Below, piece after piece: positions 1-9,233 of a stretch of DNA of 64,000 nucleotides (its first letter is position 1; every line of letters begins with the position of its first letter). Both the position numbers and the translations under genes were made by a program. Below the pieces are notes generated by a model, which ran no database searches, was not told the origin of the DNA, and was given only the letters and a program-made list of their open reading frames with translations. The DNA is from a virus. The stretch is from IMG/VR virus record IMGVR_UViG_3300045988_147522; one strand, given 5' to 3'.

Positions 1-1746
1 CCTGATTTAGCAAGACAAAAGTATCCGAAATTGTTTTATTACTATGATGGCTTGTTAGGTATTAAGCATGCACAGTCGGTACATCCAGCAGGAATTGTTA
101 TTAGTCCAATTACTTTAGCTGACAATTACGGTGTGTTCGAGAAAGATGGCTACTGTACTCTTCAGATTGATATGGATGAAATTCATGATGTAGGGTTGAC
201 CAAGTATGATTTGCTTGTATTAAAGACAGTGCAAGTTATTAGTGAAACTTGCAAATTCGCTCATTTACCTTATCCAAAATCTCACGAGATTGATTGGGAT
301 GATCAAAATGTATGGGAAAGCATGTTAGAAACTACAGGTTCTATTTTTCAGTTTGAGTCTCCATTTGCTATAGATTGTTTAAAAAAATATAAGCCTAAAA
401 GTATTTTGGATATGGCAATAGTCACGGCTGCTATTAGACCATCAGGTTCTTCTTACAGAGAGGAGCTATTTAAGCATATACCTCATAAAAATCCGTCAGA
501 GGTTATAGATAAACTGCTTAATAAAAACAATGGATATTTAATATTTCAAGAGGACACAATTAAGTTTCTTCAAGAAATATGCGGACTGTCGGGCAGCGAA
601 GCTGACAATGTGCGTAGAGCAATCGGACATAAAGATGAAAAGAGATTGGCTAAAGCATTGCCGTCAATACTTGAAGGTTATTGTCATAAATCAAACTCTC
701 CAAGAAATGTTGCAGAACTGGAAGCTAAAGAGTTTCTTCAGATTATTCAAGACAGTGCCAGTTATCAATTTGGTATGAATCACGCCATTGGATACTGTAT
801 GATTAGTTATTTGTGTGCTTATTATTACTACTATTATCCGTATGGGTTTTGCACAGCATATTTAAACTGTGCAAAGAATGATGAACAAATACAGACGGGA
901 GAAAAAGCTGCTAAAGCAAAAGATATTGAAATTACATTACCTAAATTCGGAATTTCGTTAGGAAACTATTATTTTAACAAAGACCTTCATGCAATTGCAA
1001 AAGGTATTGGTTCAGTTAAGTTTTTATCTGAAGAGGTTGCCACAGAACTTTTTAAAGTTTACAACCAACAACCGACCAGTTTTATAGATGTAATTCGTCT
1101 CTCTGACCAAGAGACTTCTGTGGGACTATCTAAAATAGAAATTTTAATTAAAATAGGTTTCTTCGACCACTACGGAATTCAATCGAAACTATTATACATA
1201 CTTGCAACTTATCAATTCTTTAGAGCATCTACCGGCAAGGGATTTCGCAAGAATATTAAGAAGTCCGTATTACAAACAGAGCATTTTGAATTGTACGACA
1301 TAGTAAAAAATAATAGTACAGACTTAAAGAAAGATAACACTATTAAAGAATCGTTCACTATTCAAAACATAGATAACATACTAAATGGCATCGAAACTAT
1401 TGCAAATCAAATGAATTTCAAGTCTTGGAATTATAAACGCATTATTCAAACACAGGAAGAATATTTGGGGTATATTGATTTAACCACACACAAAGCTGAA
1501 GATAGGCAGAAACTGCTCGTAAAGAATGTCTACCCTCTTAAAAACAAACAAACTAACGAGGAATTTGCAAAAAGAATTTCGTATCGTTCGGTTGGTACTG
1601 GAAAAGAAGGAAGTTTAACATTAAAACACTATCTTTTTGTATCATTGCCATTGAAACAATATGATGTAATTTATGTGCCTTTAGATGGTATTTACAAAGA
1701 TAGAAGGGGGTATTGGAATTTAACCAAATATAAATTGCTAAATTAA
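1..1746 (+). CDS. DnaE-type DNA polymerase III alpha subunit, C-terminal portion (5' end outside window)
   Basis: Frame is open from nt 1 (PDLARQKYPK precedes the listed Met at 31). DnaE-like motifs HPAGIVISP, FQFES, LIFQEDT, RRAIGHKD, FGMNHAIGY. Confidence 0.8.
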   Translation, partial: PDLARQKYPKLFYYYDGLLGIKHAQSVHPAGIVISPITLADNYGVFEKDGYCTLQIDMDEIHDVGLTKYDLLVLKTVQVISETCKFAHLPYPKSHEIDWDDQNVWESMLETTGSIFQFESPFAIDCLKKYKPKSILDMAIVTAAIRPSGSSYREELFKHIPHKNPSEVIDKLLNKNNGYLIFQEDTIKFLQEICGLSGSEADNVRRAIGHKDEKRLAKALPSILEGYCHKSNSPRNVAELEAKEFLQIIQDSASYQFGMNHAIGYCMISYLCAYYYYYYPYGFCTAYLNCAKNDEQIQTGEKAAKAKDIEITLPKFGISLGNYYFNKDLHAIAKGIGSVKFLSEEVATELFKVYNQQPTSFIDVIRLSDQETSVGLSKIEILIKIGFFDHYGIQSKLLYILATYQFFRASTGKGFRKNIKKSVLQTEHFELYDIVKNNSTDLKKDNTIKESFTIQNIDNILNGIETIANQMNFKSWNYKRIIQTQEEYLGYIDLTTHKAEDRQKLLVKNVYPLKNKQTNEEFAKRISYRSVGTGKEGSLTLKHYLFVSLPLKQYDVIYVPLDGIYKDRRGYWNLTKYKLLN

Positions 1747-1759
1747 GAAAGGTGATTGA

Positions 1760-2044
1760 ATGAGACAAAAAATTGAACTTGTTACACTTAAGGATGTGTC
1801 TGATTTTACAGAGGCTGTAAGTCAGATTGACGAAGAAGTAACTCTTATCGGTAAAGACGAAAACGGTAAAGATTGGTCTATCAGTGGTAAATCATTTCTT
1901 GCAAGTCTTGTTCTTGCAAACGGTGTTGAAAGAGCAAAAACCAAAGCGGCACATAATGTCGATTGGAATACTATTACTTGTGTGTGCGACAAGGACATTT
2001 ACTCAGTAATTAGTAAATGGGCAGTAGGCTCGGTTATGGAGTAA
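1760..2044 (+). CDS. small protein, possibly degenerate HPr-like fold
   Basis: 94 aa with SD upstream. The GKSFLASLVL segment resembles the HPr helix around the regulatory Ser. No phospho-His site evident. Confidence 0.4.
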   Translation: MRQKIELVTLKDVSDFTEAVSQIDEEVTLIGKDENGKDWSISGKSFLASLVLANGVERAKTKAAHNVDWNTITCVCDKDIYSVISKWAVGSVME

Positions 2045-2047
2045 ACC

Positions 2048-2305
2048 ATGGAAAACAAAATACATAGAACAGTAATGTTACACATTCAGCTTCAGCGAGA
2101 TGATTTTGACGATTTTCTTCACATAGCAGATGAATTAATGAGTGGCATTATTGAAGTAGCGCAAGGTAAGGAAGTGTTGTCTGGTAAAAGTCTACTTGGA
2201 TTAATGCTTATAGACACAAATAAACCACAAACACTTATTATCAGAGGTTTTTTCACTGATGATTATGTGGATAAATTTAGAAAATGGGAAATTAAGGAAG
2301 GGTGA
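2048..2305 (+). CDS. small HPr-like protein
   Basis: 85 aa. VAQGKEVLSGKSLLGLMLIDTNKPQTLIIRG resembles the HPr signature (..GK.V.AKSIMGLM.L....I.I.G). Tandem with the preceding similar ORF. Confidence 0.45.
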   Translation: MENKIHRTVMLHIQLQRDDFDDFLHIADELMSGIIEVAQGKEVLSGKSLLGLMLIDTNKPQTLIIRGFFTDDYVDKFRKWEIKEG

Positions 2306-2309
2306 TTAT

Positions 2310-2960
2310 ATCCGATTTGGTAAGAAGATAGTAAGTTTATGGGTAATGTTAGGTATGATGTTTGGCTTTTCGGCTTGTGGAGAATCAAACATCTCCACCC
2401 CTGACACTGCAACACGAGATACAGCCACTAAAGATACGGCAGTCAAATCAACAACGCAACCTACAACCGTCCATGTCACAACACAATCAACAACAGTAAA
2501 ACCAACTGAGAAAACTAAAAAAGACAAGAAGAAGTTTAAAACAACCTCTTCTCCTACAGCACCGCCAACAGAAAAAGTTGAAGTTCAAGCAGAAACAAAA
2601 ACTGTTACAAAATCAAATAATACATATAACACATCGTCAGATGAGGTAGATTTGTTGGCAAGAGTAATTTATTGCGAAGCAGGTAATTGTAGCGAGTATT
2701 GTCAGTGGTTGGTAGGTTCAACGGCAATGAATTTAGCTGACAGTAACGGTGGATTGAGAGCAGTAGCTTTTGATTATAATACATTCAATGTGGCAGGTAT
2801 TCTTTACACGAGAGATCCGAGCGAGTTGTCTTATTCAGTTGCTCAAAGGATATTGAGTGGTGATAGAGATCATAATGTCAGAGCTTTCAGAATGAGTTAT
2901 TATCATTCATTTGGAACACCGTATGCAGTGGTAGATAATGTTTATTTCAGCAGTTACTAA
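2310..2960 (+). CDS. lipoprotein with SleB-like cell-wall hydrolase domain (proposed ATC start)
   Basis: C-terminal DEVDLLARVIYCEAGN...WLVGSTAMNL resembles the SleB/Hydrolase_2 domain. An ATC start at 2310 (SD AAGGAAGGG 7 nt upstream) gives MRFGKKIVSLWVMLGMMFGFSAC, a lipoprotein signal plus lipobox. The ORF-track start at 2259 overlaps the upstream gene. Confidence 0.6.
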   Translation: MRFGKKIVSLWVMLGMMFGFSACGESNISTPDTATRDTATKDTAVKSTTQPTTVHVTTQSTTVKPTEKTKKDKKKFKTTSSPTAPPTEKVEVQAETKTVTKSNNTYNTSSDEVDLLARVIYCEAGNCSEYCQWLVGSTAMNLADSNGGLRAVAFDYNTFNVAGILYTRDPSELSYSVAQRILSGDRDHNVRAFRMSYYHSFGTPYAVVDNVYFSSY

Positions 2961-2969
2961 AAGGAGGCA

Positions 2970-3578
2970 ATGATGGCTGTTAAATCAATTGTATTAGTTC
3001 TCGGAGCTTCAGGCTCTGGTAAGGATTACTTAGTAGACAAAGTTTGTAAGGAATATAATCGCAAAAAGGTTGTGTCTTATACGACACGACCAAGAAGAGA
3101 TAATAAATCTCCAAGCTCACACATTTTTGTAACAGATGAGGAGTTTGATAAACTGACCAATATCGTGGCTTATACCGAATTTAATGGCTATAGATATTGT
3201 GCAACTCAGCAGCAAATTGATGACGCTGATTTTTACATAATTGATCCGAGAGGGTTTGAAGATTTCAAGAATAATTACAAAGGCGATAAACTAATTGAAT
3301 CTGTACTGATAGATTGCCCTGCTGTTGAAAGATTTTTGAGAATGAAGAAAAGGTATAAAGACAGCAAAACAGGAACTGTAAAAGCTATGGAGCGTATTAT
3401 TAACGACCGTAAAGAGTTTAAAGATATTGAAGAAAAAGTTGACTATGTAATCTCAAATCGCACTGAGGAAGATGTTAAAGACTGTGTGTCTTTTCTCAAA
3501 GCAATGCCAGAAACTACAGAATGGATGAACAAGTTTGTAGAAGGACAGGCAAAATATGATAAAGAGAAAATACAATGA
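2970..3578 (+). CDS. guanylate kinase-like nucleotide kinase
   Basis: P-loop GASGSGKDY, then SYTTRPRR...HIFVTDEEF...GYRYCAT as in guanylate kinases. Confidence 0.6.
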   Translation: MMAVKSIVLVLGASGSGKDYLVDKVCKEYNRKKVVSYTTRPRRDNKSPSSHIFVTDEEFDKLTNIVAYTEFNGYRYCATQQQIDDADFYIIDPRGFEDFKNNYKGDKLIESVLIDCPAVERFLRMKKRYKDSKTGTVKAMERIINDRKEFKDIEEKVDYVISNRTEEDVKDCVSFLKAMPETTEWMNKFVEGQAKYDKEKIQ

Positions 3579-3598
3579 AGTTAATAGAGGTGAATTAA

Positions 3599-3988
3599 AT
3601 GATTGATTGTACGAAAACAGAGAATTACTTCGCCGAAAAGCGAAGGATGACGAAATTAACAAACACAGGTGTTTGTAAAATTAAATGCACAAACTGCCCT
3701 TTGAGCGACAAAAATAATGGTGAAGGAAGGTTTTGTGTAGATTATGAATCACACTATCCTGAAAGGGCTATTGCAATAGTACAACAGTGGAGTGACGAAC
3801 ATCCACAGAAAACTTATCTTACGGATTTATTAGAGAAATATTCAAATATTCCTCTTGATAATAACGGTATACCCGCCTATGTGTGTCCTCATGATTTAGG
3901 GTTGATGAGTGTAGAGGATTGCAAAAAAGATTCCGACAAATGTGTTGAGTGTTGGAATCAGCTTATTAAGGATGGTGAAGAGCGATGA
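3599..3988 (+). CDS. cysteine-rich hypothetical protein
   Basis: 129 aa with SD GAGGTGA. Several CxxC pairs (CKIKCTNCPL, CVECW). Confidence 0.5.
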   Translation: MIDCTKTENYFAEKRRMTKLTNTGVCKIKCTNCPLSDKNNGEGRFCVDYESHYPERAIAIVQQWSDEHPQKTYLTDLLEKYSNIPLDNNGIPAYVCPHDLGLMSVEDCKKDSDKCVECWNQLIKDGEER

Positions 3989-4197
3989 GAGTCTATCAGT
4001 GTGATAGTTGTAATAAAGTTATCACAAATCCGTACATAGTTAAAATGAAGGAATTTTATGTAAAGATTGATATTGAATACTTTAGTCAGATTGGAAGTCC
4101 TATTGAAAGTAAGAGAAAAATTAAAATACAGCTATGTAATGATTGTTACAAGGGTTTACATCTTATTGCTGAAAAAAAAGAGCGTGATATGGATTGA
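3985..4197 (+). CDS. small zinc-ribbon protein
   Basis: 70 aa, CDSC...CNDC. The start overlaps the upstream stop. Confidence 0.5.
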   Translation: MRVYQCDSCNKVITNPYIVKMKEFYVKIDIEYFSQIGSPIESKRKIKIQLCNDCYKGLHLIAEKKERDMD

Positions 4198-4254
4198 CAG
4201 TTAAAGAGATTGACAGATATGAAGTTTAAAAATCAACAAAAAAGGAGAACTTAA

Positions 4255-4503
4255 ATGGCAGAATATCATGTTGGTTGTGGTGCTTTTGGCATATACGCTG
4301 GCACATTAAACCATAAAAACAAACATATGTGGCAAAACAAATCTGAAGTTACAGATGAAGCAATTGGAGCTGTTAGAGATTATATGGTAGATAAATTGTT
4401 GGGTGGATTTTCTTCTTCAAAGCAAATCTCAAGTGGGTATGAATGGGATTTAAAGGATGGTAAAACAGTAGAGTTGCGAATTACAATCAAAAATAAAGAC
4501 TAA
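4255..4503 (+). CDS. hypothetical protein
   Basis: 82 aa with SD AAAGGAGAA 6 nt upstream. Confidence 0.5.
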   Translation: MAEYHVGCGAFGIYAGTLNHKNKHMWQNKSEVTDEAIGAVRDYMVDKLLGGFSSSKQISSGYEWDLKDGKTVELRITIKNKD

Positions 4504-4586
4504 TACAGGGTTCAAGGTAACAATAAAAGGAGGTGATGCGTATGCTTTGAATTTACTGATAGTAAAAAATAAATAGGAGGAATTGA

Positions 4587-5297
4587 ATGAAGCAATTTGC
4601 AAAAACAGTGTATGTTAGCCACAAATACGGTGGTGACAAAAATAACCTCAAAGAGGTTGAAGAAATAATTAAAACACAACAAAAGAAACATCCGAATTAT
4701 ATGTTTATTTCACCGTTACATATGTTCAGCTTTCTGTATGACGATATGTCTTATGAAGATGGGCTTGAACTTTGCCTATATCAGCTTGCCGAGTGTGATG
4801 AAATATGGGTAACAGGCGAAAAATGGTACGATTCGACAGGTGTTATTAAGGAAATTGAGTACGCAAACGCACATAAAATTGATGTTTTATTCGTAAAAAA
4901 TGCAGAAGATAATCCGCACAAAGTTGAAGGTTATGATTATGTCAAAGGTTTGATTGATGGAATAAAGACAAACAAAGTTAGTAGCGATAAGACACCTGTA
5001 CCAGTAGCACCAGTTATACATAAATATAACAATGGATGCGAGAACACTAAAAGTGCATACATAAATGAGGACAATATTATTCGTACATATATAGCTCGTA
5101 ATGTTGTTGATCCTTTTGCAGGGAATTTTATGAATATACGTAGTGTGCAGATTCTCACCAAATGTCCTTTCTGCAAATCTGTAAATAAAATCACACTTAA
5201 GGATAGAAGTCCAGTAAGCATACCTTGTAACAATTGTCATAACTTGCTTGACTTTAGTCATCTTATATTTGGTGATATTCTCAGGAAGAATGGGTGA
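4587..5297 (+). CDS. DUF4406 / nucleoside 2-deoxyribosyltransferase-like protein with C-terminal zinc ribbon
   Basis: VYVSHKYGGD...ISPLHMF...LAECDEIWVTG...STGVIKEIEYA pattern. C-terminal CPFC...CNNC. Confidence 0.4.
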   Translation: MKQFAKTVYVSHKYGGDKNNLKEVEEIIKTQQKKHPNYMFISPLHMFSFLYDDMSYEDGLELCLYQLAECDEIWVTGEKWYDSTGVIKEIEYANAHKIDVLFVKNAEDNPHKVEGYDYVKGLIDGIKTNKVSSDKTPVPVAPVIHKYNNGCENTKSAYINEDNIIRTYIARNVVDPFAGNFMNIRSVQILTKCPFCKSVNKITLKDRSPVSIPCNNCHNLLDFSHLIFGDILRKNG

Positions 5298-7400
5298 CAG
5301 GTATGAAAGTAATTAAACGAGATGGTCGAGAAGTTGATTTTGACCGCAATAAGATTATTTCTGCAATTGGAAAAGCAAACAGTGAATCCCATGTAAACCA
5401 CGAAAAAACATTGTCTGATGATGAAATTAAAAATATTGCTACAAGAATTTATGTCAAGCTCAGACGAAGTAAGAGAATTTACTCAGTTGAAGATATACAG
5501 GACTTAATTGAAGAATACATAGATAAATACGGCTGTTTTTCTTTGGCAAAAAGATACACACTTTACCGATACAAGCAGAGTTTAATCCGTAAGAAGAACA
5601 CTACTGATGATGCAATCCTTTCACTGATTGATTTAAGCAACGAAAACATCAAACAGGAAAACTCAAATAAAAACCCCACTATCATTCCTACACAGCGTGA
5701 CTATATGGCTGGTGAGGTCAGTAAGGATTTGACTGATAGAGTTTTACTTCCTCAAGATATTGTTGAGGCTGACAGAGAAGGAATTATTCATTTCCACGAC
5801 AAGGATTATTTTGCACAACATACTTATAATTGCTGCTTATGTAATCTTGATGATATGCTCCAGAACGGAACGGTTATCAGTGGCACTATGATTGAGAAAC
5901 CACACAGTTTTTCAACGGCTTGTACAATTGCAACACAGATTATAGCTCAGGTCGCCAGCAGTCAATATGGTGGACAGAGTATCAGTCTTACTGCTCTCGC
6001 ACCGTTTGTGGATATTAGCCGACAGCACATTAAAGATGGGTTGAGAAGAGAATGGAGTCAGTGTGGATTTGAAACTGACGAAAATAAGATTGCCGAGATA
6101 GCCGAAGAAAGACTTCGGAAGGAAATTAACAAAGGTGTTCAGACAATCCAATATCAAGTAGAAACACTTTTAACAACTAATGGACAAGCTCCTTTCATCA
6201 CAGTGTTTATGTATCTTAATGAAGCTAACAATGAGCAAGAGAAACACGACCTCGCTATGATTATCGAAGAAACACTTAATCAAAGGTATGAAGGTGTAAA
6301 AAATGAAAAGGGTGTATGGATTACACCTGCGTTTCCAAAGCTTATTTATGTGCTTGAGGAGGATAACATAACAGAGAACAGCAAGTATTGGTATTTAACA
6401 AAATTAGCTGCAAAGTGCTCGGCTAAAAGGCTTGTTCCAGATTATATATCCGAAAAGGTGATGAAAAAGCTAAAAGAAGGAAATTGTTTCCCTTCGATGG
6501 GTTGTAGAAGCTTTTTATCACCGTACAAAGAAAATGGTGAATACAAATTTTATGGCAGATTCAACAAAGGCGTAGTTACAATCAATCTTGTTGATGTAGC
6601 CTTATCGTCAGGTAAAGATAAAGAGAAGTTTTGGAAGATTTTCGATGAGAGATTGGAGTTGTGTCATAAAGCCCTCTTGTGCAGATATGAGAGGTTGAAA
6701 GGAACAGTGTCGGATGTAGCTCCGATTATTTGGCAACACGGTGCATTAGCAAGACTTCAGAAAGGTGAAACCATTGATAAGTTACTTGTTGGTGGTTATT
6801 CGTCAATATCACTTGGCTATGCAGGATTGTATGAGTGTGTAAAGTATATGACAGGCAAATCTCATACAGATCCGGAAGTAACACCGTTCGCACTTGATAT
6901 TATGAGATATATGAACAAAAAGTGTGATAAATGGAATGAGCAACTTGATTTAGGTTTTTCGCTGTATGGTTCTCCAATTGAAAGCACAACTTATAAATTT
7001 GCAAAATGTTTACAGCGAAGATTTGGTATTATCGAAGGTATTACAGATAAAAACTATATCACAAATAGTTATCATGTAAATGTCAGAGAGCCTATTGACG
7101 CCTTTGCAAAACTGAAACTTGAATCACAATTTCAGGCATTAAGTTTGGGCGGTGCAATTAGTTATATTGAAACTTCTAATTTGCAAAATAACACAGAAGC
7201 TGTCCTGTCTGTTATGCAATTCATCTACGACAATATCATGTATGCTGAGCTCAACACTAAAAGTGATTACTGTCAAGTGTGCGGATATGACGGAGAGATT
7301 GAGGTAATAGAAAATAAAAACGGTAAACTTGTGTGGAAGTGTCCAAACTGTGGCAACACAGATGAAAGTAAATTGAACATCTGTCGGAGAACTTGTGGGT
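5294..7400 (+). CDS. nrdD: anaerobic ribonucleoside-triphosphate reductase, exon 1
   Basis: ATP-cone N-terminus (VIKRDGREVDFDRNKI), class III RNR body and a CQVCG...CPNCG zinc site. It ends ...RRTCG inside the glycyl-radical motif. Confidence 0.9.
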
Positions 7401-8166
7401 TTGCTATAAGCCCACTTTAAACCGAATAAACTGCGGGGAAGTCCCCATAACCTTAATGGCTACAACATAGCTGGAAACGGCAAGTGTGAATGCGGTATAG
7501 GATTAAATCTGTCAGTCCGATAGGATAGAAACCATAAAAACATTAAGCAAGGGATTACCGAGTGTGCAAGTCACTCTTACGCAACGAAACTCCTTAACAG
7601 GCAATGCTGATGGAGGACGCTCAACGACTATAATTTCGGGGAATTGTTTCTTGCTTATATAAAAAGAGAAAAAGAGGGGCGTAGTAAATAATAAAAGAAA
7701 TTAATGATTATACGGGGTATTTTATTTCCGATACTGGAGAAGTATTTTGCAATTTAGGAAGGGGAAATCGAAATAGAGGAAAAATTATTCCTTTGTATAA
7801 GCTAAAACCTCGCATGACAACGAATGGATATGCTCGCATTTGTGCCAGACAAAATTCTACTGGCAAAAGAAAAGATTTATATATTCATCGACTTGTGGCA
7901 GAGAATTTTATCCCAAATCCTCATCATAAACAATATGTTAATCACAAAAACACTATTCGTAATGATAATCGAGTAGAAAACCTCGAATGGTGTACAGCAA
8001 AAGAAAACACTGAATATACATTACAAGTCAATCATGTTATAAGAAACCCTAACAACGGACAATATATCAGTAATTATACATACAAAGCATAAATTAAGTT
8101 GAAGAAACAATGAGATTGTATAGTCTACTCCCCTAATAAATATCGGGAAACCGAGGGTATAAAAGG
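7401..8166 (+). mobile_element. group I intron in nrdD
   Basis: Exon 1 ends in U. GUGGGU (7395-7400) pairs with GCCCAC (7410-7415), giving P1 with a U.G at the splice site. The last intron base is G (8166). Hairpins GGGG-AAGU-CCCC (7435-7446) and the GNRA hairpin UCGG-GAAA-CCGA (8143-8154). Splicing restores RRTCGYIGT. Confidence 0.75.
7688..8092 (+). CDS. intron-encoded HNH homing endonuclease (NUMOD4-like N-terminus)
   Basis: HNH motif HHKQYVNHKNTIRNDNRVENLEWCTAKEN. The conserved N-terminus EINDYTGYFISDTGEVF lies upstream of the first canonical start (TTG 7793). The frame opens at ATA 7688, 8 nt after GAGGGG. Confidence 0.7.
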   Translation: MIKEINDYTGYFISDTGEVFCNLGRGNRNRGKIIPLYKLKPRMTTNGYARICARQNSTGKRKDLYIHRLVAENFIPNPHHKQYVNHKNTIRNDNRVENLEWCTAKENTEYTLQVNHVIRNPNNGQYISNYTYKA

Positions 8167-8246
8167 ATATAGGAACTAACTTCTGGAATCAAGGAAGAAC
8201 ACAAGAAATCAAAGAAAGATATGTGCACTTGGGTGGTAACGAGTGA
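8167..8246 (+). CDS. nrdD: anaerobic ribonucleotide reductase, exon 2
   Basis: Joined to t7400 it reads (Y)IGTNFWNQGRTQEIKERYVHLGGNE*, a typical NrdD C-terminus. The stop overlaps the nrdG GTG. Confidence 0.75.
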
Positions 8247-8743
8247 ATTACATCAAAATCACTAAACACGATATCGCCAATGGAATCGGAATCAGAGTTG
8301 TACTATGGGTAAGCGGTTGTACCGTTCATTGTTACAACTGTCACAATCCTTCGACTTGGGATTTTACAGCCGGACAACCATTTACTAATGGCACTATGGC
8401 TGAATTACTTGAAGCGTTAAGTCCTGATTATATATCGGGGCTAACGCTCTCAGGTGGGCATCCATTGGAGCAAGTAAATCAACAACAAATATCTAATATT
8501 GTAAAAACGGTCAAGACCAAATTACCAAGCAAAACAATATGGCTATATACAGGTTATACATATGAACAGATATTGAAATCTAAGTTTATTGTAAACAAAA
8601 TCTTACCTTATATAGATATTCTTGTTGACGGTAAATATGATGAGTCGCAAAGAGATATTTCTCTTGCTTGGTGTGGCTCAAGAAACCAAAGGGTAATCAA
8701 AGTTCAAGAAAGTTTGAAATCAGAACAAGTAGTAACACTATAA
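8243..8743 (+). CDS. nrdG: anaerobic RNR activating radical-SAM protein
   Basis: CTVHCYNCHN cluster motif, GGHPL, immediately downstream of nrdD. Confidence 0.9.
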   Translation: MNYIKITKHDIANGIGIRVVLWVSGCTVHCYNCHNPSTWDFTAGQPFTNGTMAELLEALSPDYISGLTLSGGHPLEQVNQQQISNIVKTVKTKLPSKTIWLYTGYTYEQILKSKFIVNKILPYIDILVDGKYDESQRDISLAWCGSRNQRVIKVQESLKSEQVVTL

Positions 8744-8762
8744 GGAGATGATATTTTAGAAT

Positions 8763-9233
8763 ATGGCTACCGCAAATAATTTTCCTATCTCTAAGGAAAA
8801 TATAGGAAAGTATTGTGATACACTAATTGCTCTTAGACATCATTTAGAAATATTGCAACTTTACTCAGAAAGATATTGTGAGCTTAAATCACAATTCAAT
8901 TCATATTATGGGCAAATTGATGATTTATTACATCAAATTTCTTTAGAAAATACAACTGATAGTCAAAAAGCGATCTTGATTGATAAACTGTGTGAAGTAA
9001 AGGCGGAGCAAGCAATAATAAAAGATTTTATGGAAGTGTTTACTCCTATAAAGGAGTGGTATTCTATTCATTATTGTGAACTTGATAGTTTTAAATCAGT
9101 AGTCGATAAAATAATAAAAATCAGAGAAAAACAATCTAAAAGGCACTATGTCCAAAGAACCAATGTTGTGAAAGAGACATTGGGGAGAGAGTCACAAATT
9201 ATTAAAGGAGATGACGAAAATCAAAACAGCTAA
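8763..9233 (+). CDS. hypothetical protein (paralog of next ORF)
   Basis: The C-terminus ...EWYSIHYCELDSFKSVVDKIIKIREKQSKRHYVQRTNVVKETL aligns with the next ORF. Confidence 0.5.
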   Translation: MATANNFPISKENIGKYCDTLIALRHHLEILQLYSERYCELKSQFNSYYGQIDDLLHQISLENTTDSQKAILIDKLCEVKAEQAIIKDFMEVFTPIKEWYSIHYCELDSFKSVVDKIIKIREKQSKRHYVQRTNVVKETLGRESQIIKGDDENQNS

